Position numbers and translations under genes: made by a program. From an uncultured Candidatus Binatia bacterium (GTDB lineage: Bacteria; Desulfobacterota; Binatia; Bin18), in the NCBI GenBank assembly GCA_965214755.1, contig OZ243979.1, forward strand, positions 3,530,229 to 3,594,228: 64,000 nt of DNA, read 5' to 3'. Under the pieces are notes generated by a model. It made no database searches, had not been told where the DNA came from, and was given only the letters and a program-made list of their open reading frames with translations. Shown here piece by piece: positions 26,102 to 36,767 of this stretch; position 1 is the stretch's first letter; the number at the start of each line of letters is the position of its first letter.

Positions 26102-27925
26102 CTATAAGTCGGAGAGCTGTTTCTCACCCAGCGCCTCCTGGATTGAAGAGTCCATAATCCGTTGGGCAAACGGCGTTGTCACCTGGCTCAACTCCTCGGT
26201 CAGGTCTCGGATCAGATCGTAGTCTTCTCCAGCGCACGCCTCCCGGACCTTTTGCACGACCTGAGCAATCTGCTCTTCCTCACCCTCTTGCAGAAACGAG
26301 GCATTCTGGCTCAGGGCTTTGTCGGTGGCGTGCAGCACGGTATCGGCTTCAGTCCGGGCCTCAATCAGCAAACGCTGCTCAATGTCTTCCTCCGCAAAAT
26401 CTATGGATTCTTCCAGCAGCCGCTCCACCTCTTCGTCGGTCAAGCCATAGGACGGTTTCACTTCAAGCGAACGTTCGAGCCCGGTTCGTAAGTCGGTTGC
26501 GGAAACGTTCAGAATACCGTTGGCGTCGATCATAAACGTCACTTCGACGCGGGGAACTCCGGCCGGCTTGGGCTCAATGGGAATGGAGAAGCGGGCCAGG
26601 CTGCGACAATCCTGGACCAGTTCGCGTTCTCCTTGCAGGACATGAACGGCGACCGCGGTCTGGTCATCAACCGCGGTAGTGAACATTTCCTTCACGCTTG
26701 CCGGGATCGTCGTATTGCGTTCAATGAGGTGACTCATGACCCCGCCCATGGTCTCAATCCCTAAGGATAACGGCACCACATCGAGCAGCAGCATATCCCG
26801 CCGCCGCCCGGACAAAGTATCCGCCTGGACCGCTGCTCCGAGGGCAACGACCTCATCCGGGTCGATATCGGTGAGTGGTGTCCGACCAAAAAATTCCCCC
26901 ACCCGCTGGCGCACCAGCGGCATGCGGGTCGAGCCACCGACCAGGACGACTTCTTCAATATACTGGGTCTCAAGACCGGCATCTTTGAGCGCCTGCCGAC
27001 ACGGCTCCAGCGTGCGAGCCACAATCTCGTCCACCGCGGCTTCCATCTCGTGACGGGTCAGGCGGCGAGAGAGCTGAACGCCTTTGTCCGGGACAGTCAG
27101 ACTGAGGGTTGTCTCGTCCTGCTCGGATAAGACCTGCTTGGCCTTTTCGGCAGCACGTAGCGCACCATTCAGCACCTGCAAGTCGCCGCGCAGGTCTTCG
27201 GCCAGTTCCGCCAGGATAAAGCGCTCGGCTATACACTGATCGATATCGTCACCACCCAAGCGGGTGTTGCCGTTGGTGGATAACACTTCGAAGATGCCGG
27301 TGTGGAGCCGCAGAATCGACACATCAAACGTGCCCCCGCCAAAGTCATACACCGCAATCAGCCCCTCTTCTTTTGCATTGAGGCCATAGGCGAGAGAGGC
27401 GGCCGTCGGTTCGTTGAGGAGGCGAATGACCTCAAGGCCGGCCAGCTTGCCGGCGTCTTTGGTCGCCTGACGCTGCGAGTCGTTGAAGTACGCCGGGACG
27501 GTAATGACCACCTTACGGACCTCTTCCTGGAGTACCGTCGCGGCCCGGTCCCGCAAGGCACGGAGAATAACTGCCGAGACCTCCGGTGGTGTCACCTGCC
27601 GGTCGTGGAGGGCAAAACGGACCAGACTGGCGGAGTCCTCTTGATCGTCAACAAAGCGATACCGCTGCCGGTCCTCAGGACTCACATGCTCCATACCGAG
27701 GCCCATAAAGCGCTTCACCGACCGAATGGTTGAGAGCGGTTGTGTTCGGGCTAACTCGCCCGCCTCCCGGCCAACAACAACCCGGTCGTTGGGCAAAAAA
27801 CTGACGATAGACGGGAGCGTCTTCTGCCCAGTTCCGCTATCGGCAATGACCCGCGGGCCAGCGTCGTCTGCACTCGCAATCAGACTATTGGTCGTCCCCA
27901 GATCAATCCCAACTATAGGTTCCAC
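26102..27925 (-). CDS. hscA: Fe-S cluster assembly chaperone HscA (Hsp70 family)
   Basis: GIDLGTTNS..., DEPTAA, Hsp70 architecture. isc operon context. Confidence 0.9.
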   Translation of the reverse strand: MEPIVGIDLGTTNSLIASADDAGPRVIADSGTGQKTLPSIVSFLPNDRVVVGREAGELARTQPLSTIRSVKRFMGLGMEHVSPEDRQRYRFVDDQEDSASLVRFALHDRQVTPPEVSAVILRALRDRAATVLQEEVRKVVITVPAYFNDSQRQATKDAGKLAGLEVIRLLNEPTAASLAYGLNAKEEGLIAVYDFGGGTFDVSILRLHTGIFEVLSTNGNTRLGGDDIDQCIAERFILAELAEDLRGDLQVLNGALRAAEKAKQVLSEQDETTLSLTVPDKGVQLSRRLTRHEMEAAVDEIVARTLEPCRQALKDAGLETQYIEEVVLVGGSTRMPLVRQRVGEFFGRTPLTDIDPDEVVALGAAVQADTLSGRRRDMLLLDVVPLSLGIETMGGVMSHLIERNTTIPASVKEMFTTAVDDQTAVAVHVLQGERELVQDCRSLARFSIPIEPKPAGVPRVEVTFMIDANGILNVSATDLRTGLERSLEVKPSYGLTDEEVERLLEESIDFAEEDIEQRLLIEARTEADTVLHATDKALSQNASFLQEGEEEQIAQVVQKVREACAGEDYDLIRDLTEELSQVTTPFAQRIMDSSIQEALGEKQLSDL

Positions 27926-27941
27926 GATTCGCCTCTATTTT

Positions 27942-28601
27942 TCACAAGGTGGAGAGGGCCTTTTTCACGTCGCGTGTTAATGTCCGCAGATAGGCCATAT
28001 CCGACAGCACCCGTTTCAGTTCGCTCAAGAGTTCAGCCGCACCGTTCGTCTGCCCCCATTTGGAGAAGTTTGCCCCCAGCTTTCGCTGCAATTCCTGCAT
28101 CCGGTCGTCTAGATCATCTCGTACCTGCGTCACCTCAGCTTTGAGCCCCGCCAGCGCGTCATCGGTTCCGGCACTCTGGGCTTCCCGGACGGCTGCCAGC
28201 TTTTCCTGCACCTCAAACACGAAGAGGGCCAACTCAGGGGGGACTGTATTATTTTCCTTGCCGAGGTGTTCTCCGTTGAGCTCAAGCCAGTACCGGCCGC
28301 GCTGGACAGGATCGCGCAGTGTCCGGTAGGCCCGGTTCACCAGCGCCGTATTCTGAAGGCTCGCTTCCTGCTCCTCCGCAGCCCCGATCTGGTGCAGGTC
28401 CGGATGGAGTTGGCGGCTCAGATCGTAATACGTCTTGGCAAGCGCCTGCTCATCAAGCATCGGATCCCGGGCCAAACCAAAGACCGCGAAATAGTCAATG
28501 TCTGGAGGTAAAAGTTGAAGAGCCTCGCAGGCCGGGCAGAACAGCTGGGGCGTATGCTCGTCCTGACAGCGCCAGCAGCGCACCACCGTCGGCGTTGGCA
28601 T
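27942..28601 (-). CDS. hscB: co-chaperone HscB with N-terminal CxxC..CxxC zinc ribbon
   Basis: J-domain with HPD (QLHPDLH). Position between iscA and hscA. Confidence 0.85.
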   Translation of the reverse strand: MPTPTVVRCWRCQDEHTPQLFCPACEALQLLPPDIDYFAVFGLARDPMLDEQALAKTYYDLSRQLHPDLHQIGAAEEQEASLQNTALVNRAYRTLRDPVQRGRYWLELNGEHLGKENNTVPPELALFVFEVQEKLAAVREAQSAGTDDALAGLKAEVTQVRDDLDDRMQELQRKLGANFSKWGQTNGAAELLSELKRVLSDMAYLRTLTRDVKKALSTL

Positions 28602-28612
28602 AGTGTGTTAGG

Positions 28613-28960
28613 CTAGACAGAGAATGAGCTACCGCAGCCGCACGAGCGTTTGATATTGGGATTCGTCAGCTTAAAGCCCGAATCCATTAAGGTCTCGGAA
28701 AAATCCAGCTCTGTCCCGCGGAGATAGATAAAGCTTTTGCGGTCAACAATCACTTTGGCACTTTCCCGTTCAAAAACGCGGTCGCCGTCACGGGGAATAT
28801 CCAGGTCCATCTTATAGGACAAACCCGAACAGCCCCCCCCAACCACCTTGACTCGCAAGCCGCAATCCTGCCGCTCGTCCTGCCCCGTCAGGTCTCCAAT
28901 CTTTTTGGCTGCGTTTTCGCTGATTTCGATTTTGAGCTTTGCTTTCGCGCTTGCTGCCAT
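28613..28960 (-). CDS. iscA: Fe-S cluster insertion protein IscA/HesB family
   Basis: GGGCSG ... CGCGSSF C-terminal motif. Confidence 0.9.
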   Translation of the reverse strand: MAASAKAKLKIEISENAAKKIGDLTGQDERQDCGLRVKVVGGGCSGLSYKMDLDIPRDGDRVFERESAKVIVDRKSFIYLRGTELDFSETLMDSGFKLTNPNIKRSCGCGSSFSV

Positions 28961-29002
28961 GCCCGTTGTCCCAATCTGCTGCTGGTTTCCGTGCGGCCTT
29001 GT

Positions 29003-29404
29003 CTAGGCGGCATCCTTCTTGGGTGCGTCCTGTCCCCGCCAGTCCGCCACCGCCGCCTTGATCGCATCCTCCGCTAACACCGAACAGTGAATCTTCACCG
29101 GCGGTAACGCTAACTCCTCCACGATCTGCGTGTTCTTGATCGCCCCCGCCTCGGCCACCGTCTTCCCCTTCACCAACTCCGTCACATAACTCGACGACGC
29201 AATCGCCGACCCACACCCAAAGGTCTTGAACTTCGCATCTTCGATCACTTCCGTCTGCGGGTTGATCTTCAACTGCAACTTCATCACGTCCCCGCACTCC
29301 GGGGCTCCCACCACGCCCGTGCCCACGTGCGCTTCCCCGCTCCCAAAACTCCCCACGTTCCGCGGCCGCTCGTAATGCTCTATGACTCGCTCGGTGTAGG
29401 CCAT
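29003..29404 (-). CDS. iscU: Fe-S scaffold protein IscU
   Basis: GAPECGDVMKL, FGCGSAIASSS, LPPVKIHCSVLAEDA. Confidence 0.95.
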   Translation of the reverse strand: MAYTERVIEHYERPRNVGSFGSGEAHVGTGVVGAPECGDVMKLQLKINPQTEVIEDAKFKTFGCGSAIASSSYVTELVKGKTVAEAGAIKNTQIVEELALPPVKIHCSVLAEDAIKAAVADWRGQDAPKKDAA

Positions 29405-29457
29405 CGCTCGCTTCTCCTTTAATATACGGTTCTATCGGTGTTGAATGCTTGTCGTAT

Positions 29458-30678
29458 TCAGGTTTTCCACTGGACAGATTTAAGGTCTATGCCTGCCTTG
29501 GCCATTTCGTACAGGGGAGACATCTCCCGCAATCGAACGACCACCTCGGAGACACGCGTGATCACATAGTCCACGTCCTCTTCGGTGTTAAAGCGTCCCA
29601 GGCCAAATCGAATCGATGTATGGGCCAACTCTTCTCCGACCCCCAGCGCTTTGAGCACATACGAGGGTTCAAGGGTCGCCGAGGTACAGGCGGAGCCGGA
29701 CGAAAGCGCGATCTCCCGGTTGAGTCCCATCAGGAAGGACTCGCCTTCCACATAGGAAAAGCTCAGATTCAGGTTACCGGGAATCCGCTCTGTTGGATGC
29801 CCATTCAAATACACCTCTTCCAGGTTTTCGGTCAGACCGGTATAGAGTCTCTGCCGCAGACTCATAAGGCGGCCAGCCTCGGCTTCCAATTCCTGCCCGC
29901 ACAGCTCGCACGCCTTGCCAAACCCGACAATGCCCGCCACGTTCAGCGTCCCCGAGCGCATCCCTCGCTCGTGGCCGCCGCCGTGCATCTGGGCGCGCAG
30001 GCGGACCCGGGGTCCCCGCGACCTGACGTATAAGGCCCCACAACCCTTGGGTCCATACATTTTGTGGGCGCTCATCGACATCAGGTCGATGCTGTCTTCA
30101 TCAACGTTCACCGGGATCTTGCCCACGCCCTGAGTCGCATCACAGTGAAACAGGATGCCCCGCTCTTTGGCGAGCTTGCCAATCTCTCTAATGGGGTGCA
30201 GCGTTCCAATCTCGTTGTTGGCATACATCAGAGAGATCAGGATCGTATTGTCTCGGATCGCCTTCTTCACATCATCGACATCCACCCGCCCATACTGATC
30301 CACCGGTAAATAGGTCACTTCCGCGATATTCGCCCGTTCGAGGGCCTGACAGGTATCCAAGACCGCCTTGTGCTCTGTGACCGCCGTAATAATGTGATTG
30401 CCTTTATCCGCGTAGAACTCCGCCACTCCCTTAATCGCCAGATTGTCCGACTCGGTCGCACCACTGGTGAAGATGATCTCTTTGGGTCGGGCGCCGACCA
30501 AATCCGCAATCTGGCTTCGCCCCCGATCCACGGCCTCTTCGGCCGCCCACCCAAAAGCATGATTCCGGCTGGCCGCATTCCCGTATATCTCACCGAGAAA
30601 CGGGACCATCGCCTCAATCACGCGCGGGTCTACTGGCGTGGTAGCTTGGTTATCCATGTAGATCGGATCGCGCTCCAT
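29458..30678 (-). CDS. iscS: cysteine desulfurase IscS
   Basis: [10 protein letters not shown] (PLP lysine) and SSGSACTS active-site loop. Confidence 0.95.
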   Translation of the reverse strand: MERDPIYMDNQATTPVDPRVIEAMVPFLGEIYGNAASRNHAFGWAAEEAVDRGRSQIADLVGARPKEIIFTSGATESDNLAIKGVAEFYADKGNHIITAVTEHKAVLDTCQALERANIAEVTYLPVDQYGRVDVDDVKKAIRDNTILISLMYANNEIGTLHPIREIGKLAKERGILFHCDATQGVGKIPVNVDEDSIDLMSMSAHKMYGPKGCGALYVRSRGPRVRLRAQMHGGGHERGMRSGTLNVAGIVGFGKACELCGQELEAEAGRLMSLRQRLYTGLTENLEEVYLNGHPTERIPGNLNLSFSYVEGESFLMGLNREIALSSGSACTSATLEPSYVLKALGVGEELAHTSIRFGLGRFNTEEDVDYVITRVSEVVVRLREMSPLYEMAKAGIDLKSVQWKT

Positions 30679-30736
30679 AATGCCCCTTCATTATTCAAAA
30701 CGAGTTGGAATTTTCTAAAGTGGACTCTAAGGGTCT

Positions 30737-30765
30737 AATTTAGGATTTCTTCCTGGGCCTGTCAA
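30737..30765 (-). promoter_or_regulatory. candidate sigma70 promoter of the isc operon
   Basis: Minus strand TTGACA-17 nt-TAAATT, about 60 nt upstream of the iscS ATG. GAAGGGG RBS before the ATG. Confidence 0.5.
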
Positions 30766-30815
30766 CCTACACGGTAAGGTCAGGGCGAGAGACAGCGCGT
30801 GGGTGAAGCCAATGC

Positions 30816-33344
30816 TCACAAGAGGCTTTTCAAAAACCGGCCGGTGTACGATTGCTCAACGCGCGTAATCTCCTCGGGTGTCCCGCAGGCAACGACGTTG
30901 CCCCCGGCTTCTCCCCCTTCGGGACCCAAGTCGATGACCCAATCCGCGGTTTTGACCACCTCCAGGTTATGCTCAATCACTACAACGGTATTCCCCGCTT
31001 CAACGAGGAGGGTGAAAATGTCCAGCAGGCGCTGAATATCGGCCAGATGGAGGCCGGTAGTTGGTTCATCAAAGAGGAATAAGGTCTGTCCCGTGCTTTT
31101 CCGGCTCAACTCTTTGGCCAGCTTGAGCCGCTGCGCTTCTCCACCGGACAACGTTGGGGCGGCTTGCCCCAGGCGTATATAGGACAGCCCAACCGCGCGT
31201 AAGGTTTCCAACCGCGACCGGATTTCCGATAGGTCGCCATAGAGTGCGAGCGCCTCGGCGACCGTCATCTTCAGGACATCGGCAATACTCCGGCCACGCA
31301 AGGTGACCGCGAGAGTCTCTCGATTATAGCGCTGGCCGTGGCATACATCACATTGGACATAGACATCGGGTAAAAAGCTCATCTCAACCGCGAAGACGCC
31401 GTTTCCCTCACACGCCTCACACCGTCCCCCTTTGACGTTAAAAGAGAAGCGGTCCAGGTTATAGCCGCGCACCCGTGCCTCGGGCAGTTGGGCAAACAGG
31501 GCGCGCAGCGGGCGGAGGAGCCCGATATACGTTGCTGGGGTGGAACTGGGCGTTCGCCCAATAGGAGCCTGGTCAACCACGATCATTTTATTGAGCTGCT
31601 GCCAGCCTGAGAGCTGGCCGACCTCTGCTGTGGTCGATTGCGTCCCTGCCAGCACAGCCGCGAGAGCGGGCACCAGGGCATCACTGATGAGCGAACTCTT
31701 TCCTGAGCCCGAGACGCCAGTCACACAGGTCAATGCCCCGAGCGGGAAGTCTACGCTGATGTCTTTAAGATTATGCACCCTGGTATGCGCGAGGGTGAGA
31801 AGGTTTTTCGCTGCGCGCCGTTTTGTCGGGACTGGAATCTTCGACTCGCCGGAAAGATACTGGCCGGTCAGCGAATCCGGGGCGTTTTTGACGTCCTGCG
31901 GTGTTCCTACGGCACAGACCCACCCCCCCTGCTCGCCGGCACCCGGACCTAAATCAATCAGATGGTCAGCCGCCAGCATGGTCTCAGGGTCGTGCTCGAC
32001 CACCACCACCGTATTCCCCTGCCCACACAGCCGTTTGAGCATCTCCAGGAGTTGGCTTGTATCCCGCGGATGCAACCCCACCGACGGTTCGTCCAGAATA
32101 TGGATGACCCCGGATAAGCCATTCCCAAGCAAGGTCGCCAGCCGGACACGCTGGGCTTCGCCCCCGGATAGCGACACCAGCGTGCGGTCCAGGGTGAGAG
32201 AGGCTAACCCCAGATCAACCAAGGCCTGGAGACGCGAGACAATCTCCTGACAGAGCGGTCGGGCAATCCGCTCCGTCTGTCCAGAAAAACCAAGCTGAGA
32301 AAAAAAGTCGAGTACTGCTCCAAGCGGCTGAGCGTTGAGCTCAGCCAAGTGTCTGTCCTTGATGCGTATGCCCTGGGTCTCTGGTCGGAGGCGCGAGCCG
32401 TTACACTGGGAACAGACCTGCGAGTCGCCCGCGGCCTGGGCTTTCCCCCGCTTTTTTGTCACTCGCTCCTGTTGCACGCCAAGACCCTCACAGGCCGGAC
32501 AGGCTCCTTCTGGGCTATTGGGTGAAAAAAAGGCCGGGCTCAGTTCCGGGTAGGCAAAACCACAGGCGGGACAGATGAGACGCTGGGTGAAGAGCCGCTC
32601 CTCGTTTTCTTCAATCAGGACTTTGACCACATCCTTGCCATAGCGTAACGCCGTATCCAGCGAATCGGCCAGGCGTTGGGCCACGCCGCTTTTGACCACG
32701 AGCCGGTCAACGACGATATCGAGTTGCGTAGCGGCGATCTCACCGGGACTCAGACCCGCAATCTTTTCAGCCAGCTCCAGGTCCATCAGGTCGTGGATGG
32801 TTCCGTTCAACCGGATACGGACAAATCCCGCTTTGTGCAGGTCTTGGAGGACGGTGTCACAGTCCTCAGGATGAAAGAGGCGGAGGGGCGCCAAAAGCTG
32901 GAGCCGACTCCCTTCGGGTACATCAAGCAATTGATCGACAATCTGGGGCACGCTGTGGCGTTCGATCACTCGTCCGCATTCCAGGCAGTGAGGGGTGCCA
33001 ACTCGGGCGTAGAGCAACCGCAGATAGTCGGCAATCTCGCTGACCGTGCCAACGGTCGAGCGGGGTGAGGGCGCCGTGCGACGCTGTTCAAGCGCGACCG
33101 CGGGAGACAGGCCACTGATGGCATCAACATCGGGTTTGGCATGCTGGGTCAGAAACTGACGAGCCGAGGCGGACAGCGAGGCCATATAACGTCGTCGTCC
33201 TTCGGCGTAGAGGACGTCAAAGGCCAGGGTCGATTTTCCCGACCCGGAGACGCCGGTAATCACCACAAACTGCTGGCGCGGAATCTCAAGGCTGATGTTT
33301 TTGAGATTATGTTGGCGCGCGCCTCGAATCCGAATCGTCTCCAC
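30816..33344 (-). CDS. UvrA-family ABC ATPase, short form (842 aa) lacking the insertion domain
   Basis: Two ABC modules (GVSGSGKST twice, LSGGEAQR twice) and zinc modules CLEC / CPAC..CPAC / CSQC / CEAC..CDVC. Only ~25 aa between CPACEGLG and CSQCNG. Confidence 0.85.
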   Translation of the reverse strand: METIRIRGARQHNLKNISLEIPRQQFVVITGVSGSGKSTLAFDVLYAEGRRRYMASLSASARQFLTQHAKPDVDAISGLSPAVALEQRRTAPSPRSTVGTVSEIADYLRLLYARVGTPHCLECGRVIERHSVPQIVDQLLDVPEGSRLQLLAPLRLFHPEDCDTVLQDLHKAGFVRIRLNGTIHDLMDLELAEKIAGLSPGEIAATQLDIVVDRLVVKSGVAQRLADSLDTALRYGKDVVKVLIEENEERLFTQRLICPACGFAYPELSPAFFSPNSPEGACPACEGLGVQQERVTKKRGKAQAAGDSQVCSQCNGSRLRPETQGIRIKDRHLAELNAQPLGAVLDFFSQLGFSGQTERIARPLCQEIVSRLQALVDLGLASLTLDRTLVSLSGGEAQRVRLATLLGNGLSGVIHILDEPSVGLHPRDTSQLLEMLKRLCGQGNTVVVVEHDPETMLAADHLIDLGPGAGEQGGWVCAVGTPQDVKNAPDSLTGQYLSGESKIPVPTKRRAAKNLLTLAHTRVHNLKDISVDFPLGALTCVTGVSGSGKSSLISDALVPALAAVLAGTQSTTAEVGQLSGWQQLNKMIVVDQAPIGRTPSSTPATYIGLLRPLRALFAQLPEARVRGYNLDRFSFNVKGGRCEACEGNGVFAVEMSFLPDVYVQCDVCHGQRYNRETLAVTLRGRSIADVLKMTVAEALALYGDLSEIRSRLETLRAVGLSYIRLGQAAPTLSGGEAQRLKLAKELSRKSTGQTLFLFDEPTTGLHLADIQRLLDIFTLLVEAGNTVVVIEHNLEVVKTADWVIDLGPEGGEAGGNVVACGTPEEITRVEQSYTGRFLKSLL

Positions 33345-33398
33345 ACCGCGCAGCCTAGCAGAAAGCTGAAATGGGGGTTAGAGATTGGAGGTTGGGGA

Positions 33399-34898
33399 TT
33401 AGGAGTCTGGCGAGCGGCTCCAGCGTAATACTGGTCGGCGAGCGGCGCGGGTTTCATCCAGGCGGCTGACTGGGGTGGTGAAGGGCGCTTGCCTGAGCAG
33501 GTCAGGCTGGGCGATAATTTCCTGGGCAATGGCCAGCAGCGCATCGGCAAATTCGTCCAGGGTCTCTTTGGTTTCCGTTTCCGTCGGCTCAATCATCAGT
33601 GCCCCGCTCACCACCAGCGGAAAATAAATCGTCGGCGCATAAAAGCCATAATCAAGCAGACGTTTGGCAATATCCAGGGTCTTGATGCCAGTCTGCTGAA
33701 ACGAGCGATCCGAGAAGACACATTCGTGCATGCACGGCTCATGGGTGGCCAGGGTGTACACGGATTCGAGCCGTTTGCGCAGGTAGTTGGCATTCAGAAT
33801 GGCCATGCGTGTGGCGTGCGTGAGTCCATCTCTACCCATTGCCAGAATATAGGCGTAAGCTCGCACCAGGATGCCAAAATTACCGTAGAACGAGCGCACC
33901 CGCCCAATTGATTGAGGCGCGGCGTCACTCCAGGAATAGGTGTCGTTCTTATGGACAATCCGAGGGATGGGCAGATAGGGCTCTAAAATCTTTTTTACGC
34001 CGACCGGCCCGGCACCGGGGCCGCCTCCGCCGTGCGGAGTGGAGAACGTTTTATGCAGATTGAACTGAATAACATCCGCGCCCATATGGCCCGGCTTGGC
34101 CACACCCATCAGAGCGTTGAGGTTGGCTCCGTCCATATACACCAGCGCCCCGTGCGCGTGCAGCACGTCGGTTATCTGAAGAATCTCGCGCTCAAAGAGT
34201 CCGAGTGTGTTCGGGTTAGTCACCATCAGGGCAGCCACTTCGGTGTCCGTACATGAGGCTACGGCGTCGGCGCTAAGCATGCCGTCCGAGCCGGTGGCGA
34301 CCTGTACAACGTCATAGCCACATAAGGCCGCCGAGGCGGGATTGGTGCCGTGGGCACTCGCCGGAATCAAGACTTTCTTACGCGGCGTTGCCCGGTCCTG
34401 ATGATAGGCCCGAACGAGCTTCATGCCGGTCAACTCACCCTGCGCCCCGGCCGCGGGCTGCAAGCTGATCGCCTCCATGCCGCTGATCTCGGCCAGACAG
34501 CGCTCAAGTTCAGCGAGCAACATCAATGCCCCCTGGGCCTGATCGTCCGGAGTCAGGGGGTGGAGCTGAGCCAAACCCGGCAGGCGGGCCATATACTCAT
34601 TCACCACCGGGTTATACTTCATCGTGCACGACCCCAGGGGATAGAGGGTCGTTGCCGCGCTCATATTCCACTGGGACAGCCGCGTGAAATGGCGCACCAC
34701 TTCGCCTTCGCTGACCTCGGGAAAATCATTGAGCACCTCCCGACACAGTTCGGCCGGCAGATCGCGGGCCTGATCCCGCTCAGGGATATCGTCTCGTGGG
34801 AGCGCGTAGCCGACCCGTCCAGCTGATCCCCGCGCCGAGATCAGGGGTTCGTTCAGCATTGTCCGTTTACCAGGGCTGGTAGTGCGCGTCGAAGCCAT
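33399..34898 (-). CDS. gcvPB: glycine dehydrogenase (decarboxylating) subunit 2
   Basis: Typical GcvPB sequence (FNLHKTFSTPHGGGGPG). The start at 34898 overlaps the gcvPA stop (TAATG); ATG 34859 is an alternative. Confidence 0.9.
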   Translation of the reverse strand: MASTRTTSPGKRTMLNEPLISARGSAGRVGYALPRDDIPERDQARDLPAELCREVLNDFPEVSEGEVVRHFTRLSQWNMSAATTLYPLGSCTMKYNPVVNEYMARLPGLAQLHPLTPDDQAQGALMLLAELERCLAEISGMEAISLQPAAGAQGELTGMKLVRAYHQDRATPRKKVLIPASAHGTNPASAALCGYDVVQVATGSDGMLSADAVASCTDTEVAALMVTNPNTLGLFEREILQITDVLHAHGALVYMDGANLNALMGVAKPGHMGADVIQFNLHKTFSTPHGGGGPGAGPVGVKKILEPYLPIPRIVHKNDTYSWSDAAPQSIGRVRSFYGNFGILVRAYAYILAMGRDGLTHATRMAILNANYLRKRLESVYTLATHEPCMHECVFSDRSFQQTGIKTLDIAKRLLDYGFYAPTIYFPLVVSGALMIEPTETETKETLDEFADALLAIAQEIIAQPDLLRQAPFTTPVSRLDETRAARRPVLRWSRSPDS

Positions 34899-36250
34899 TA
34901 TGCAACCGCCTGCCGGAGTTGCTGTCCGAAGCGTTCAATCGCCTCCCGCGTGTGGAGCTCGGTTGCGCACACTAAGAGACAATCGTCGAGTTCCTCATAC
35001 CAATCCTCCAAAACGAGGCCGGCAATGACTCCCTGCTCTTTGAGACGGGCCCACACGCTACGGGCGTGTGGCACGGTCAGCACACATTCATTGAAAAAGG
35101 GACTCGGAAAACGCGGCTGCACGCCAGCCGCCTGCTGGAGGACCTCTGCCAGATAGTGACTGTTCTTCACATTCCGGAGCGCCAATTCCCGCAGCCCCTG
35201 TTTGCCCAACAGGCACAGAAAGACGGTGGCTGCCAGGGCGCACAGGCCGTGATTGGTACAAATGTTTGAGGTCGCCCGCTCCCGCCGGATGTGTTGTTCG
35301 CGGGTCGCCAGAGTGAGGACAAATCCGCTACGTCCATCCTGATCGACCGTCTCCCCAACCAGACGACCGGGCATATTGCGGACATAGCGACTCCGGCAGG
35401 CAAAGAGACCCAGGCCGGGTCCACCATAGCTGAGGGGAATACCCAGACTCTGTCCTTCTGCAACCGCGATATCGGCCCCGAGTTCACCGGGGGACTTGAG
35501 AATGCCTAAGGCCGCGGACTCGGGGGTCACGGACAGGGTCAGTGCGCCAGCGTCTTGTGCGCTGCGACTAATGGTCGCAATATCCTCGATCACGCCAAAG
35601 ACGTTTGGATAGCCGACGACCACGCCGCACACACGTTCATCCAAGTGCTGTGCCAGGGCCGTCTGCTCAAGCTGGCCGGTTTTATCCCAATCCAGCTCAA
35701 CAAGCGACAGACCGGGGAACCCATCCAAATAGGTCTGGATGACCTGGCGGTATTGTGGATGCAGAGAGCGAGCGACCAGCACCCGCGGGCGTTTGGGCAA
35801 AATGCGCTTGGCCATGAGGACGGCTTCAGCGGTCGCAGACGCGCCATCGTACATACTGGCGTTGGCAACTTCCAATCCCAACAGGGAAGCGACCAGCGAC
35901 TGGAACTCGAAAATACCCTGGAGCGTCCCCTGGCTCACCTCGGGCTGATAGGGCGTATAGGCCGTGGCAAACTCCGCCCGCTGCACAATCTGGTCAACCA
36001 CGACCGGAACGAGGTGAGCATAGGCTCCGGCTCCAAGAAAAGACTGCTCTGGGCTGTATCCGACCTGCTGTTCTGCGAACGTAGTCAGGCGCTTGGTGAT
36101 CTCGGACTCCGCCAGGCCGGGGGCGAGATTCAGGCTGGCGTTTTGCCGCAGGTTCTCGGGCAGGTGGCGAATCAGGTCCTCAACGGAATCCACCCCAAGG
36201 ACGGCCAGCATGGCCTGAATATCGCGCTCAGTATGCGGGATATAACGCAT
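34898..36250 (-). CDS. gcvPA: glycine dehydrogenase (decarboxylating) subunit 1
   Basis: MRYIPHTERDIQAML..., typical GcvPA. Confidence 0.9.
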   Translation of the reverse strand: MRYIPHTERDIQAMLAVLGVDSVEDLIRHLPENLRQNASLNLAPGLAESEITKRLTTFAEQQVGYSPEQSFLGAGAYAHLVPVVVDQIVQRAEFATAYTPYQPEVSQGTLQGIFEFQSLVASLLGLEVANASMYDGASATAEAVLMAKRILPKRPRVLVARSLHPQYRQVIQTYLDGFPGLSLVELDWDKTGQLEQTALAQHLDERVCGVVVGYPNVFGVIEDIATISRSAQDAGALTLSVTPESAALGILKSPGELGADIAVAEGQSLGIPLSYGGPGLGLFACRSRYVRNMPGRLVGETVDQDGRSGFVLTLATREQHIRRERATSNICTNHGLCALAATVFLCLLGKQGLRELALRNVKNSHYLAEVLQQAAGVQPRFPSPFFNECVLTVPHARSVWARLKEQGVIAGLVLEDWYEELDDCLLVCATELHTREAIERFGQQLRQAVA

Positions 36251-36296
36251 GACGAGTGAGGTTTGTTCAGTCTGTTGGGTCTATTGAGTCTCGACC

Positions 36297-36330
36297 CCAT
36301 AGACCCCATGACTCCATAGACCCCATGACT
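36297..36330. repeat. 17-bp tandem duplication in the gcvH-gcvPA spacer
   Basis: ccatagaccccatgact x2, itself built from (a)gac(c/t)ccat sub-repeats. Nested in inverted repeats GGGTCTAT/ATAGACCC and TTGAGTCTC/GAGACTCAA. Confidence 0.85.
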
Positions 36331-36351
36331 CCAGGAGACTCAACAGACGCT

Positions 36352-36756
36352 TTATTCCTCGGCGTCTTTCTGTTCTTCTTCAACAAAGTGTTCATATTCC
36401 TCGGCGGTCATGAGCGCGGCCAGCTCCTCGGGATCATTCATCTCCACCTGGACCAGCCAGGCGTCGCCGTACGGGTCTTCATTGATCGTCTCCGGCGTGT
36501 TCTGCAACTCAGTATTGACTTCTTTGACCGTACCACTCACCGGAGCGTAGATGTCAGACACGGCTTTGACCGATTCAACCACGCCAAAGGGCTCATCTTG
36601 GGTGAGCTGGGTATCAGGCTCGGGCAACTCAACAAACACGACATCCCCAAGCTGGTCTTGGGCGTAATCGGTGATGCCGATGGTTGCCAGATTATCCTCC
36701 TCCACCAAGACCCACTCGTGCTCCTGTGAGTAGCGTAACTCCCTTGGGGCTTCCAT
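36352..36756 (-). CDS. gcvH: glycine cleavage system H protein
   Basis: Lipoyl-lysine motif VESVKAVSDIYAPVSG. Confidence 0.95.
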   Translation of the reverse strand: MEAPRELRYSQEHEWVLVEEDNLATIGITDYAQDQLGDVVFVELPEPDTQLTQDEPFGVVESVKAVSDIYAPVSGTVKEVNTELQNTPETINEDPYGDAWLVQVEMNDPEELAALMTAEEYEHFVEEEQKDAEE

Positions 36757-36767
36757 AACCTCCTCCC

